Below, one piece after another: positions 49,300 to 60,240 of a DNA stretch of 64,000 nt. Both the position numbers and the translations under genes were made by a program. Within the stretch, counting starts at the first letter, position 1. Every line of letters starts with the position of its first letter. The stretch is taken from assembly GCF_036321535.1 (NCBI RefSeq), contig NC_087436.1, positions 118,670,001-118,734,000 of the forward strand. Direction: 5' to 3'. The notes beneath the pieces are model-generated. The model ran no database searches and had not been told where the DNA came from. It worked only from the letters and a program-made list of their open reading frames with translations. The stretch is from Camelus dromedarius (lineage: Eukaryota).

Positions 49300-52200
49300 G
49301 GTCTCAGCGGCTGGGATTTGAGAACTATAGGATCTGAGGGAAATGTATAAAAACGATGCTTTGCAGGCACTGACTGGCAGCTGACGCAGGGCTACAGTCC
49401 TTGAGGGAAAGGATGCGCAACAAGGAAAGCGCCACATCCCCCTGGATTTCCCCCTGGAACATTTTCCGTGGTTCAGGGAGCTAGACCCCAAGCTGAATGT
49501 GGTGGTCCTGCTAGGTGGAATCGGCATAGAAGACTGGGGCTCAGGGATGCCATGACAGCTGAGGTTGGTGAGACAAAGTACCAGGGGGAAGAGAGCTGCA
49601 GAGGAGAAATCCAGATGCTGTCCTAGAAATATCCTTGGGTCCTTGGTTAAATCATAAGCAGTGAAGTATAGTGCAAGACTCTGAGGCTTAGCAGAGAGCA
49701 GCAGCTGGGAGGTCAATACTAAAGAGATTTCAGGGGTCACACACTGCTACAAAGATGGCAGTGTTCCGCCCGAGCCAAAGTGGAGAGTCTTTGGTGAATG
49801 CTCTGGGGACTCAGCGGGTACCACTGAAAGGACGTGCCCTAGAAGAAGGACCACACATTAGGAGAAAAATTGAGCCCTGGGACCGAGGGGAACACTGTAA
49901 CTGGCCTGCACAGGAATAACACAGTCTGCTGATCATTCAGCTACTCACTGGAACAAAACTCATTCAACATTCTTTGGAGGAAGCTAACAACCAGGAATCT
50001 CTACACCATGTTCTACACAACGCCCAACATTAACATAAAAAGTCCTAGTCACAGGAAGAAGCAGGAGAATGAGACTTGAACCAAGAAATCAAACAGTCAG
50101 TAGAAACAGACCCAGAGATGATCCAGATATTGGGGTGAGCAGACAAGGCCTTCAAAATGACTGATCGTACAGATTTTTTTAACACAGGAAAAGATAGACA
50201 AAAGGAATGAAAAGATGGAGCACTGCAATAGAGAATTAGAATCTTTTTTTAAAAAGGATAAAATGGATCTTCTAAAACCGCAAAATACAATAAATTGGAT
50301 GGATTTATTAGAAAACAGGATTCAGCAGAACATGGGATTAGTGAACTAAAAGGTCAACAGAAAATTCAAACTGAGGCATAAAAAAAAGGAAAAAATAGAA
50401 TAGTTTCAAAATATGTGAGATACAATTTTTTAAAATCCGGGTCTTTAAAAGGAGAGAAAAATAGACCAGAACAAAATATCTGAAGAAATAATGGCCAAGA
50501 ATTTTCCAAATCTGATTAAAGACATGAGTCTACAGTTTCAAGAAGTTCAGAAAAACCAAGCAGGGTGAACACATAAAAGCCCAGGTAAGCACATCATAGT
50601 GTAACTGCCAAAACCCAAAGGTTAAAAGCAGGTGCTTAAAATAGTCTGAGATAAAATGATACATTTCTTTCAGGGAAAAAAAAAAAGACAAATTATTCAG
50701 TTTCTGAACAGAAACTTTGGGAGCCAGAAGACAATGGAATGAGACCTTTAAAGTGTCAAAAGACAGGAGTGTATCTGCCTAAAATTCTGAATCCAGAGGA
50801 AAAAAATCTTTTAAAGTGGAGGTGAAAAATTGTTTTCAATAAAAAAAAATTTGAGAGAATTCACCACCAGCAGACCCTCACTACAAGAAATAGCAAATTT
50901 CTTCAGGCAGATGTAAAAACAGATCCAAAGAAGCAGAAGAAGTAAACAGCACAAGAATGTAGAAAGATTTGAGTAAATATAAAAGATTGTTGACTGTTTC
51001 AAATGACAATAATAACAACACCTTGTAGGGCATATATTACATAGAAGTAACACAGTTGATAAAAATAAACAATAAAAAAGAGAAAAAGAATAAATGGAGT
51101 TAAACCATTAAAAGATTTTTGCATTATTTGAGACATGGAAAATACTAATTTAAAGTAAAGTTTAATAATTAATAGATACATTTTGAAATTTCTAGGATAA
51201 CCACTAAAAGAATGACACTAAAATGTATAACAAAATAAGCTAACAGGGAAGAAAATAGAATAATAGAATATAGTTTACTAATACCAAAAACAAAGGAAGA
51301 AAAGAAAACAGAACAGAAGAGATAAATAGAAGAAACAGCAAGAGGGTAAACATAAAGCCAATTACACCATTATGTATATGAAATGTAAATGGACCAAACA
51401 CTCAAACTAAAAGACAGAGGATGTCAAACTGAACTAAGTTAAAAAAAAAAAAAACCCATATGTCATTTCTAAGAAACATACTTTAAATATAAAGATACTG
51501 ATAGGTTAAAATAAAAAAGATAGATGGTGTAAGAAAGTTGTATACCACGAAAATATTTATGGAAAAAACTGATATGACTACATTAATATCAGAAAAAAAG
51601 TCGACTGTAGGGCAAGACGTGTGAAAGGTAACGAGAGACATTTCATCATCACAAAGGAGTCGATTTCATCAGGAATACATCATAGCCTTAAAGCTGGGTA
51701 TATCTCATAAATCATTTCAAAATGTATGAATCAAAACTAACATAACAAAAAAGTAGAAAGAAACAAATATACACAGAGTTGGAGATTTCAAAAGATGACA
51801 AAACAAATAGACAACACATCAGTAAAGATACAGAAGATTTGATCAGCACAATTAACCAGCTTGGCCTAATTAATACTCAGCAACCACAGAACATTCATTT
51901 TACAAGGACACATAGGATATTTACCAAAATAGACCATAACCTGGTCAAGAAAACAAATCTCAACAAATTCCAAAAGATTAAAATAATATAATATATATTT
52001 TCTGATAACAATGAATAAAACTACAAATAAATAGCAAACATCTAACTAAAAACTCCACAGACGCTTGGAAATTCAGCAACACACTTGTAAATAACCCATG
52101 GGCCAAGGAAAAAATCACAATAGAAACGAGAAGTTACTTTGAACTGAACAGACACAAAAAGTACAGTGTATCAAACTGTGTGGGATGCAGTTGAAACAGT

Positions 52201-52440
52201 GCTTAGAGAGAAATGTCTAGATTTAAATGCGTAGATCACAAAAGAGTAACAGTTGAAAATCTATGATCCAAACTTTCAACACAAGAAGATAAAGAACAGC
52301 CAGTTAAACCAAAAGAAAGTGGAAGAAAGGAAATAATGAAGATGTTAGCAGCTACCAATGACATAAAACACAGACATACAGTAAAGAAAAGCAACAAAAC
52401 CAGAAGATGACCCTGTGAAATGACTGATAAAATTAGAAAG
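49300..52440 (+). mobile_element. Large degenerate LINE-1 5' portion (5'UTR-like, ORF1, start of ORF2)
   Basis: 'agaaacagacccagagatgatccagatattgg', 'gaagaaataatggccaagaattttccaaatctg', 'gagagaattcaccaccagcagaccctcactacaagaaat', 'accaaaatagaccataacctgg...aatctcaacaaattccaaaag'; many stops; antisense to C4orf50. Confidence 0.85.
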
Positions 52441-52727
52441 GAAGAGACAGAGAGACAGAGGCAGAGAGGCAGCAAGAATGGATATGAAGGTATGCAAAGG
52501 GCTCGATACTAAACGTCCTACAGACAGTCAAGGCCATCATGAGACTGCCACGAGCTTAGGGGCCCGGGAGGTCCAGTATTGTTCACAGACGAGGAAGACG
52601 ACTCAGAGAAGTCTCCGATGCCGTAAGAGCAGAACCGGGTTTGAACCCTGTTTGACTGAGTTCCAAAGCCCGCTGCTCTCTCCTTTCAAGACCCAACACC
52701 CAGAGTGATAGAGGCTTTGGCTGAAGC

Positions 52728-52830
52728 TGTGGTGGTAACCAGACTGTAATATATAAACCCATCAAATCAACGCATTGTACACCTTTAACTTACACAGCGT
52801 TCAATGTCAATTATATCTCAATAAAAATTA
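52728..52830 (+). mobile_element. LINE-1 extreme 3' end (L1MA-like)
   Basis: 'catcaaatcaacgcattgtacacctttaacttacacagcgttcaatgtcaattatatctcaataaa'. Confidence 0.75.
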
Positions 52831-53009
52831 ATTTTTAGAAAGAATGTGCAGAATTATGCCTTGAGCTGCTTGAAAAACCCTCGGTCTGAAAATACAAGCT
52901 CTGATCTTGAAGTGTAAACACCCCCTCCATGCCCCACCAGATACCAAAACAGCCTAGGCAGGGGGCAGACTCACATCCTGTCATAGGGAAGAATAAAGAC
53001 ACGGACTCT

Positions 53010-53180
53010 GACTGCCCAGGTGGAGTCCGGGCTCCACTCCTCCTACTGTGTGATTCGGGGCAAACCACTTAACTTCTCTGTGCCTACGTTTTCTCATCTG
53101 GTAAATGCGGATGGTGACTGTTCCTCCCAGGGTTGCTGGAGGACATGTGAGTAAAGGGTGTGGTAGAAAGTTAGCAAGAT
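53010..53180 (+). mobile_element. MIR SINE directly beside the large exon's donor
   Basis: 'ctgtgtgattcggggcaaaccacttaacttctctgtgcctacgttttctcatctggtaaatgcgg'. Confidence 0.75.
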
Positions 53181-53209
53181 GACTAAACAGCTATGCAGAA
53201 TCAACCTAC

Positions 53210-55723
53210 CTGGGGGCCATGGGGTGGGGACCTCAGAGCTCGCCCTCTGTCTGCAGAACACGATGGTCCCTTATCCTCTTTCTCCAAATGCGCCTCCTTC
53301 ACTCCTTCCTCACCAGTGTTTCCCTGCGGGGCGCTGGACCCTGGAGCATCTCCCCAGACCAGTGATGGAGCAGTAGATTCAGAACTGCATCTAGAATTCT
53401 CCAGGCCTGAGCAAGTTCCCGTCCACCCTCCAGCCAGACCCATTTCCTGCTCCGAGGGTGGCCCAGGGACCCTTAGAGTCAGTTGCTCTGAAAGCTGAGT
53501 CACCTGCACCCCGTTTTCTCCAGCGTTCACCTTGTCCACCACCACTGTGCTTTTTCCTTGGGGACACGCCTCTGCTCCCACCAAACGCCCCCCATCTGTG
53601 CTGCTCCCTGAAGTGACTTCTCCCTCCAGGACTCGGATCCTGCGTAGAAGGTGTTCGTTCTCTGCCCTGAAGGCCCGGATCATGTCTTCTATTCCCAGAA
53701 CTACATCCTTTATCAGCTCTTTGTAACTGACTCCGAGCTCCGAAGTCAGCGCACTGAGCTCCCAGTTTTCCAGGGTGATGCACCCCATCCCGCCTTTGGA
53801 TTTTCTGATGCTCGCAGACATGGCTTTCTGGAGCTGCCCCAGGTCTCTTTTCAGTCTTTGGTTTTCCTCTTCAAGTTCAGAAATTTTGCAGTAACTTTTC
53901 CCATTGCAGTCTTCAAGGTCCGAAATGACCTGCACGTGCTGGTCCAGCTCCCTCCGTAAGTGAGCGATGTCTCCTAGCAGCACACTCTTATCCTGCTCAA
54001 GTGCAGATATTTTTTTCGCATTTCTCTCCCTCTCTTTTTCCAGGATACGCAGTTTTCTGTGGCATCTCTCCTGATCTCCCTGAAGTTTGGCGTTATCATG
54101 TAAAACTTTGCTACTCTCTTTCTTCAATCCAGAAATGAGCCAACGAAACCTTCTTCTCACCCCCTTGAGGGTTCTCGGCTGCTGAGGGAGCCCGGACTGA
54201 CCCAGCTCGGAGGGCCCCTCGGGGGGGCCTGGGCTCAAGTCGACCAGATCAGGCACCAGCCCAGGAAGAACTTGGCTGGTTCCCAGGGCCTCCGTCTTTC
54301 CCAGCTTAGCATCTTCACTACACTCTCTGGGGTTTGCGTTGTTGGCAAACCAAGTATCCGTACTCTGGTTTGCCAAAGCCTGCTGAGGGTAAGCGTGCTC
54401 CCGGCAGCCGGGCCATCTTCGAGCAAAGCTCCAGTTCTCTCCCGCCAATGATGAAGTGTTCCACCCACGTCCCCCACTCCCACGCATCAGGATGGAGAGT
54501 TGCTGGAAACAAGCCTCCATCTCCTTTTCAAATTCCTCCAACCTGAGCACCATCCCATCGTGTGCTCCGTTTGGAGCCCAGAGGTGACTGGTGGGTCCCG
54601 CCCCCTCTGGCAATAAGGCCAGTCCTGGAGATGGTAACAAACCTCCCTCGTCCAGTAAGAAACGCGTCTCCTGGACCTCACAGTCCTCGGAGCCAGACTC
54701 CTCCGGGACATCCCTGTGGCCCGAGCGGGACCCTTCCAGATGCAACACCTTCTCCTCCTCCTCTTCCTGTCCCTCGTCCTCAGGGCTGTCCTCAGGGCTG
54801 TCCTCTGGCAGAAGCAGAGCATTTGCAGACCACACGTGGATTTTCTCCTTGCCCTGAACTCTCCTGATGGCTCTGCCCTGCTCAGCAAGGGGCTGAGCAC
54901 CTTTGGGAGGTGGCCTGTTGGTGCCCGGAGCGCTGGAGAAGGCGGCTTCCGGGGCCTCCTCCTCTGATAAGGATGATGACAGCCCTCCTTCTCGCAAGCC
55001 CCAGACACGCCCTTCCCCCTGCCCCCTCCTGCCCAGGGATTCAGGACCCTGCGCTGACACCGAGGCCGCCCGCTGCAGAAGAGGCAGTAGAGCCTCCGGC
55101 GGGGGCTGCGGTTCTGGACCCCCGTTCTCATTCTGCGAGCTCTCTGGGGTCCCAACACCATCCTGCAGGCTCAGGTTCTCACAGCTTTCCTGACATGGCT
55201 GGCACCTGTCACTGAGGTCTTCCTCCTTCCTGCCCCAAATCCTCAGCCCCTGCATCTCTGGTCTCCACCCTGGGGCTCCTCCTCCCTCCTTCCAAAGGTC
55301 TTTTAGATCCCTGGGCCCTCTCCTGGGAAATTGGTGACTTGAAATACATGGGGACTCCTGGCAGAGGGAGGCATCGTGGCTCCTTGCCCGGTGATGATCC
55401 CGGCTGGAGTGTCCTGAAGCTGAGGGGGCAGGCGGGGGCCTGGCCTCCAGGCCCTGCTGGGCTTGCTGTCCTTCTGTGGAAGCTTCCAGGAGCAGCAGTG
55501 GCAGTGGCAGCGGCAGGGGAGCTGGGTCCCCAGCCTGCCCCCAGGGAGGGCGTGTGGACGTCTGCACCAGAAGGGACTCCTGGGCTGGGGCGGCTGCTAG
55601 TTTCTGCTCTGACATCCAGGCCGGCTCCACGGGGAGGAGTGAGCCGTCCACCCACTGCCCTGGGGGGCAGCCACAGATGAGAAGAAGAGTCTGTTCACCC
55701 AAGCTGGGCTCAGCTGGAGTAAA
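53210..55723 (-). CDS. C4orf50: C4orf50 large internal exon, 2514 nt / 838 codons; low-complexity region plus coiled coil
   Basis: Spans nearly all of the 833-aa ORF 53201..55702; acceptor 'cttctcttcccatccccag|TTT', donor 'CAG|gtaggt', phase 0-0; recalled motif EQTLLLxCGCPPGQW. Confidence 0.92.
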
Positions 55724-55769
55724 CTGGGGATGGGAAGAGAAGATGAAGTGTGAAGCAGCCCCTTCCCCC

Positions 55770-56050
55770 TACAGCCTCTCCCCACCTCTCTGACCTCATC
55801 TCATCCAGTCACATTGGCCTTCCTAACACACCAAGCTGGTTACCACCCCAGGGCCTTTGCACCTGCTCTTCCTGCTGCCCAGAGTATCCTTCCCCCAGAT
55901 ACATGGCTCACACTCTTGCTTCATTAACATCTCAGTTCAAACTCAGAAAGGCCTCCCTGGCTACTTCCGCCACTCTCTGCCCATTCACCCCGCTTCATCT
56001 CCCTCTTTACCTCCCTTGCTCACTTCACTCTGCGTATGTGTGAGTGCCGT
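55770..56050 (+). mobile_element. L2 LINE remnant
   Basis: 'ccccagggcctttgcacctgctcttcctgctgcccagag...catggctcacactcttgcttcatt...tctcagttcaaa'. Confidence 0.7.
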
Positions 56051-56062
56051 CTGACTCCCCCG

Positions 56063-56264
56063 TGGCCCTGCACCGCCCAGTATGGTAGCCACGGGCCACA
56101 TGGCTCTTCACACTTGAAGCAATTAAAGTTAACACTCAGTTCTGCGGGCACACCAGCCTCATTTCAAGCACCCAGAAGCCGTGGGCGATTCACAGCTGCT
56201 CTACTGGACGACGCAGATGCAGGGTATCTGCAGCGCCGTGGAAGGCTCTAGGGGACAGTGCTGG
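56063..56264. mobile_element. MER3/MER33-like hAT-Charlie DNA transposon remnant
   Basis: 'cccagtatggtagccacgggccacatggctc...catttcaagcacccagaagcc...ggaaggctctaggggacagtgctg'. Confidence 0.65.
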
Positions 56265-57080
56265 GTAGACTCCGCTCCTGGCGGCAGGCACCCGGGCCAG
56301 GAACAGTCCCGGGCACACAGGAGGCGTTTTATAGATACTTTTGAACATATTTTCATATTCACTTATTCAATGCATTTATCCAGAGAGGAGGACTGGCCCA
56401 GCTCACAGAACAGACCCAGGCCGGGTGAGGCCTGGGAGGTGGCGCTTGGCTCCGTCCAGGCTCACCGAGCGCCCTCGGGCCACGTGACCGCAGCCCCCCA
56501 CCCCCGGCCACTCTGCTCTCATCGCCTGTACCTGGCGGGTCTGCCCAGGTGGCCTGCTCTTCTGCTGCCCATCCTGGTTTCCTGACTGTCTAACGTCGTC
56601 CCTCCACCACCCCAGGGGCATGTTCTCAGCTCTGTCTGCACTTGGGTGTGACACCGCACACCAGGCCGCCCAGAGCCAGAGGGGAAGGACTGAAGTAAGG
56701 CCTCTCTCTTTAGAACCACAGACCCACATCAGGGCTGGTTGGAACCAGGCTCCTGACCCTTAGGGGACAGCGTGGTGCAGTGTGGGCTATGAAGACAGGA
56801 TTCCGGTCCCCTTCAGTGCTGTGAGGTCTTGGCTGCAGGGCAGCTGGGCCCAGGCACACAGCTGGGGCTCCCTTCCTGCACACCCCACTCAGAGCTCAAG
56901 GCCTTCCGTTCCATCTCCTCAGATCTCCCTCTCAATTATTTCCAGAACGTTCTTCCAAACCCCAAGCTTCTTTACCTCCTTCTCCCACCTCCTGAGTGGT
57001 AGCCACACTGTGCAGCACACACAGTAGGGCTGATCAGACCCAACTGGTGCCTCGGACACACAGAAAGCCTCTGGCCTCAC

Positions 57081-57208
57081 CTGTCCACAGTCAGAGCCTG
57101 CAAAGTCTCCTGGGAGCTCGTCTGTCGTCTCCGGGCCTGGCATCAAAGCAGGGGGGCCTTGTCCAGCCTCGATGCAGCCCCAGGTGCAGGACCCCTCGGA
57201 GGGCTGGC
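57081..57208 (-). CDS. C4orf50: C4orf50 exon, 128 nt ((G)QPSEGSCTWGCIEAGQGPPALMPGPETTDELPGDFAGSDCGQ)
   Basis: Acceptor 'cctgtctcttcccag|GC', donor 'CAG|gtgagg', phase 1 to 0, in frame with the large exon. Confidence 0.88.
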
Positions 57209-58307
57209 CTGGGAAGAGACAGGACCCAAGGGTTAAAGAGACCCTCGTAGGAGCTATCCCACGACGGCCACCAGCACTGCCACCTGCTGCTGGGACTAGA
57301 CATCACTTCTCCAAGGTTCAAGGCCTTTGAGCCTCGAAAGGTGGCCTGATGGTCACTTGCCCTGTCAGGTGAGGAACCCAGGCTGGGAGATGGGGATGAC
57401 TGCTCACTGATGAGCACCAGAGTCAGGTCTGGAAGCCACCTCCGCTGATCACAAAGCCCACACAGGCGACAAAAGCCGTGACACCTCCCTCAGCCCCACA
57501 GCTTCATGGTTACACAGGGTCACAATTCCTGGTCCCCACCCCCTCACAGTCAGCACGTGGATGGAGGAGCTGATGCCCAGGCTTCGCCAGACAGGCCCCG
57601 CCCCCTTCCCCGAGGACAAATTTAACCTTGTTGGACTTGTCAGCTCTGCTCCCCAGAAATGGGATGGAGGGGAAAGGTCAGCTTTGCTGGTCAGTAGCAC
57701 CGCTGGGTATAAATGACCCCCCATCTGTAAACCGCACTTGGCCTTGGAAGTCTGTATGTAAACCAGACACCCAGTTGGACGCTGTGGTCTTGGGGCTCCC
57801 CGAGTCAGTGGCTTTTGCAACAGGGATCCTGGAAGCTGTACCTGAGACTGTTATCAGATGCATTTGTTCCCATCAGAGACAACTTAGGGACAAGGGGCTT
57901 CTAAGCCCCAAAAGCTCCCCAGACCTCACAGCCATCTCACAGCTGAGCTGTCACTGGGTGGGGGCGGGGGATGGAACAGCTTCCGGTCATCACACAGTCT
58001 TCTGCAAAGACAAATCCCCCGGGGACATCCCTGCTGTGATGCTGGCACTTGTGTCTCCTGGCTGGCCCTCTTCTGGGAGCTGAGGGAGTGAGCCTAAATC
58101 AAGGACCTTGTTGTGGACACTGCAGGCTCTGACCCCACCCCTCCCAGCTGTGTGGCACTGAGCAACCGACACTACCTCTCTGACCCTCAGCTTCCTGCCT
58201 GCAAAGCAGGAACTACCCCACCGCCCCCAACATCAGGATGTCGTCAGAGAGCTGGCCCCTGTCAGTGGGTGTCTGCACAGGGCTCTGCTAACCCCAGTTC
58301 CACACAC

Positions 58308-58437
58308 CTGCTGAGCCCCTTGGTGGAGGGGCCCCGTCAGAGTCGGGGGAGGTCTGCCGGCTGTGGCTTCCGCAGGCGCCCAGCGCATCCTCCCTCGGCA
58401 GGAGAAGCGATCCATCCTGAACACGACCCAGCGCATC
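58308..58437 (-). CDS. C4orf50: C4orf50 exon, 130 nt (DALGRVQDGSLLLPREDALGACGSHSRQTSPDSDGAPPPRGSA+G)
   Basis: Acceptor 'ttcttgtgtctccctcaag|GAT', donor 'CAG|gtgtgt', phase 0 to 1, in frame with the next exon; most 5' exon I could identify. Confidence 0.82.
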
Positions 58438-60142
58438 CTTGAGGGAGACACAAGAAGTCAAGAAAGCTGTCAGTGCCCTTGGTTGTGGCTCCCTGCAACT
58501 CCATCCCCACAGGTCCCTCCCAAGGACCCCAGGAAGGAGTCAGATCCCCTCTCTGGATGAGGACAGCAGAGGGCACATGATCTGGTCCTGTGTTCTCGGT
58601 TCTGCCAGCCAAACTGCCCCCTATTAGCACCCGGGCGCCATTTAGCAGATGAGGAGCTTGTCTGTGCGCCAGGATTCCTCTGGGCTCCCAAGGGGGCACC
58701 AAAGGCACCAGTCTCCTCTCCTTCCTGAGCCGAAGTTCCATCTGTGTCCACCCACAGAGGTGGTGCCTGCCCCGGGCCTCCGGGTGGTCCTGCCCCTCAA
58801 CTGTCCACAAGCCCCTAATGCCACAGCCAGGTGTCTGGGTGGCACTTCTCTTCCCTGGGCCTCACCCCAAAAGGCAAGAAGGGGTACAGCAAGGAGCCCC
58901 GAGTTTGCCCGCCCCATGAAGCACGTTAGAGGCAGCACCTTGACCACGCCTACTGCACCAAAGTCGTGGCGGGGGGCAGAAAATCTCAGCTCCAACCGCT
59001 GTCCACGAGGGGCCGGGGGTGGGTCTCTCACAGGTTCCACTGCCCGGTTCTAACGGGTGCTGATCACTTCCCAGCTGGCCCCCCAGCACACCTGAGGCCC
59101 TGCAGGAAGGATAGTGGCCTCCATTCTGTCTGCGCCCTCATCCTAGCCTGCCCCGCACTAGGTGCTTAGTAATGTTTGAGACCCAGATGGATAGACCTGC
59201 AGGGAGGCAGACGCTGCAGACTCACCAAGCATTCATTAGGCTCCTACTCTGCGTCAGGTGCTGTTCCAGGGAAGAGAGGAACAGAAATGAGCAGGTAATG
59301 CCCCGCCCCCCTCATCTGTGCCCCACGCCCTCACCTGTTCTCAGCAGAGCCCACATCGACCCCCAACTGGGCCTCCTGCTTCCTCTCCAGCCTGCCCACA
59401 GCGGCCAGCGACACCCCCTTAAAATGCACTCTCTGGCCTGCCAGCACCCCCGGCTCCCTGCAGGCCCCAGGGCCGGCTCCTGTGCTGAAATCCGGCGCGG
59501 GGGCCCTTCCAGGGCGGCCACTGTGGCCCTGACGCCCCTCATCCTGGTTTCTGCTCACAGGGCCTCCTGTGACACAGGGTCCCCACCCGGGTCCCAGCCT
59601 TTCTCCACACCTCCGCGTATGCTGTTCCTCCTGCCTGCCTGGAGCATCCTCCTGGGTCGGGTATTGGCCACCGGCTGTTTGCTGGCAAAGCCCTCCCTCC
59701 CCGCACCTGGCACTCGCCCCGCCTCCACACCCCACTCAGCATCCAAACAATCGCACTGAAATGGAAACTGGGCCGGGGGTTGCTCTCCTGTTTCCAGCCC
59801 TTCCAGCTTCCCACTGGCCTGAAAGATAGAACCCCTTCCCCCCGCCCTGGGCCTCACTACCCCCATCTCTGCTCCCCAAGGGGACCCCTCTCCCTCCTGC
59901 ACTGGGGCCTGGCACCCCTAGTGCCTGCCGCCTACACCTCTCTCCCCTGCCCCTCTGCCTGGCCCACCTGCTCCCCGCCAGGCTCAGCTTAAAGGCCAAA
60001 TCCTTGCTGAGGCCTTCCCTGACCTCCCCCCGCCCCAGAATGAAGCCCCTTCCCTCCCACAGCGCCTCCTCCTCCCGCCCCAAGTTTGTGACCCTCTGGT
60101 TCCCATGTGACGGTTTGTGTCTTGTCCAGTTCTCGTCATAGA

Positions 60143-60240
60143 CCAGGGGTCTCCACCCTGGCCACACCTTAGAATCACCCAGAAGCTTTTAACAAGCACC
60201 AGAACAGAGCTTCAGCCCAGACCAGTTAAAGCCAGAGAGG
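60143..60240. mobile_element. MER5-like hAT DNA transposon fragment
   Basis: 'ccaggggtctccaccctggccacaccttagaatcacccagaagctttt...cccagaccagttaaa'. Confidence 0.6.

Noticed and set aside
54487..55161. 224-aa alternative-frame ORF inside the large exon
   Set aside because: Stop-poor GC-rich frame with a non-ATG start and no independent support
53201..55702. 833-aa ORF read as a stand-alone single-exon gene
   Set aside because: Starts at TTG and is bounded by a strong acceptor (55724) and donor (53209); it is an internal exon
59032..59099. Possible extra C4orf50 exon (ccttcctgcag acceptor, CCT|gtgaga donor)
   Set aside because: Peptide not recognised and phase compatibility not established; the upstream exons probably lie outside the window
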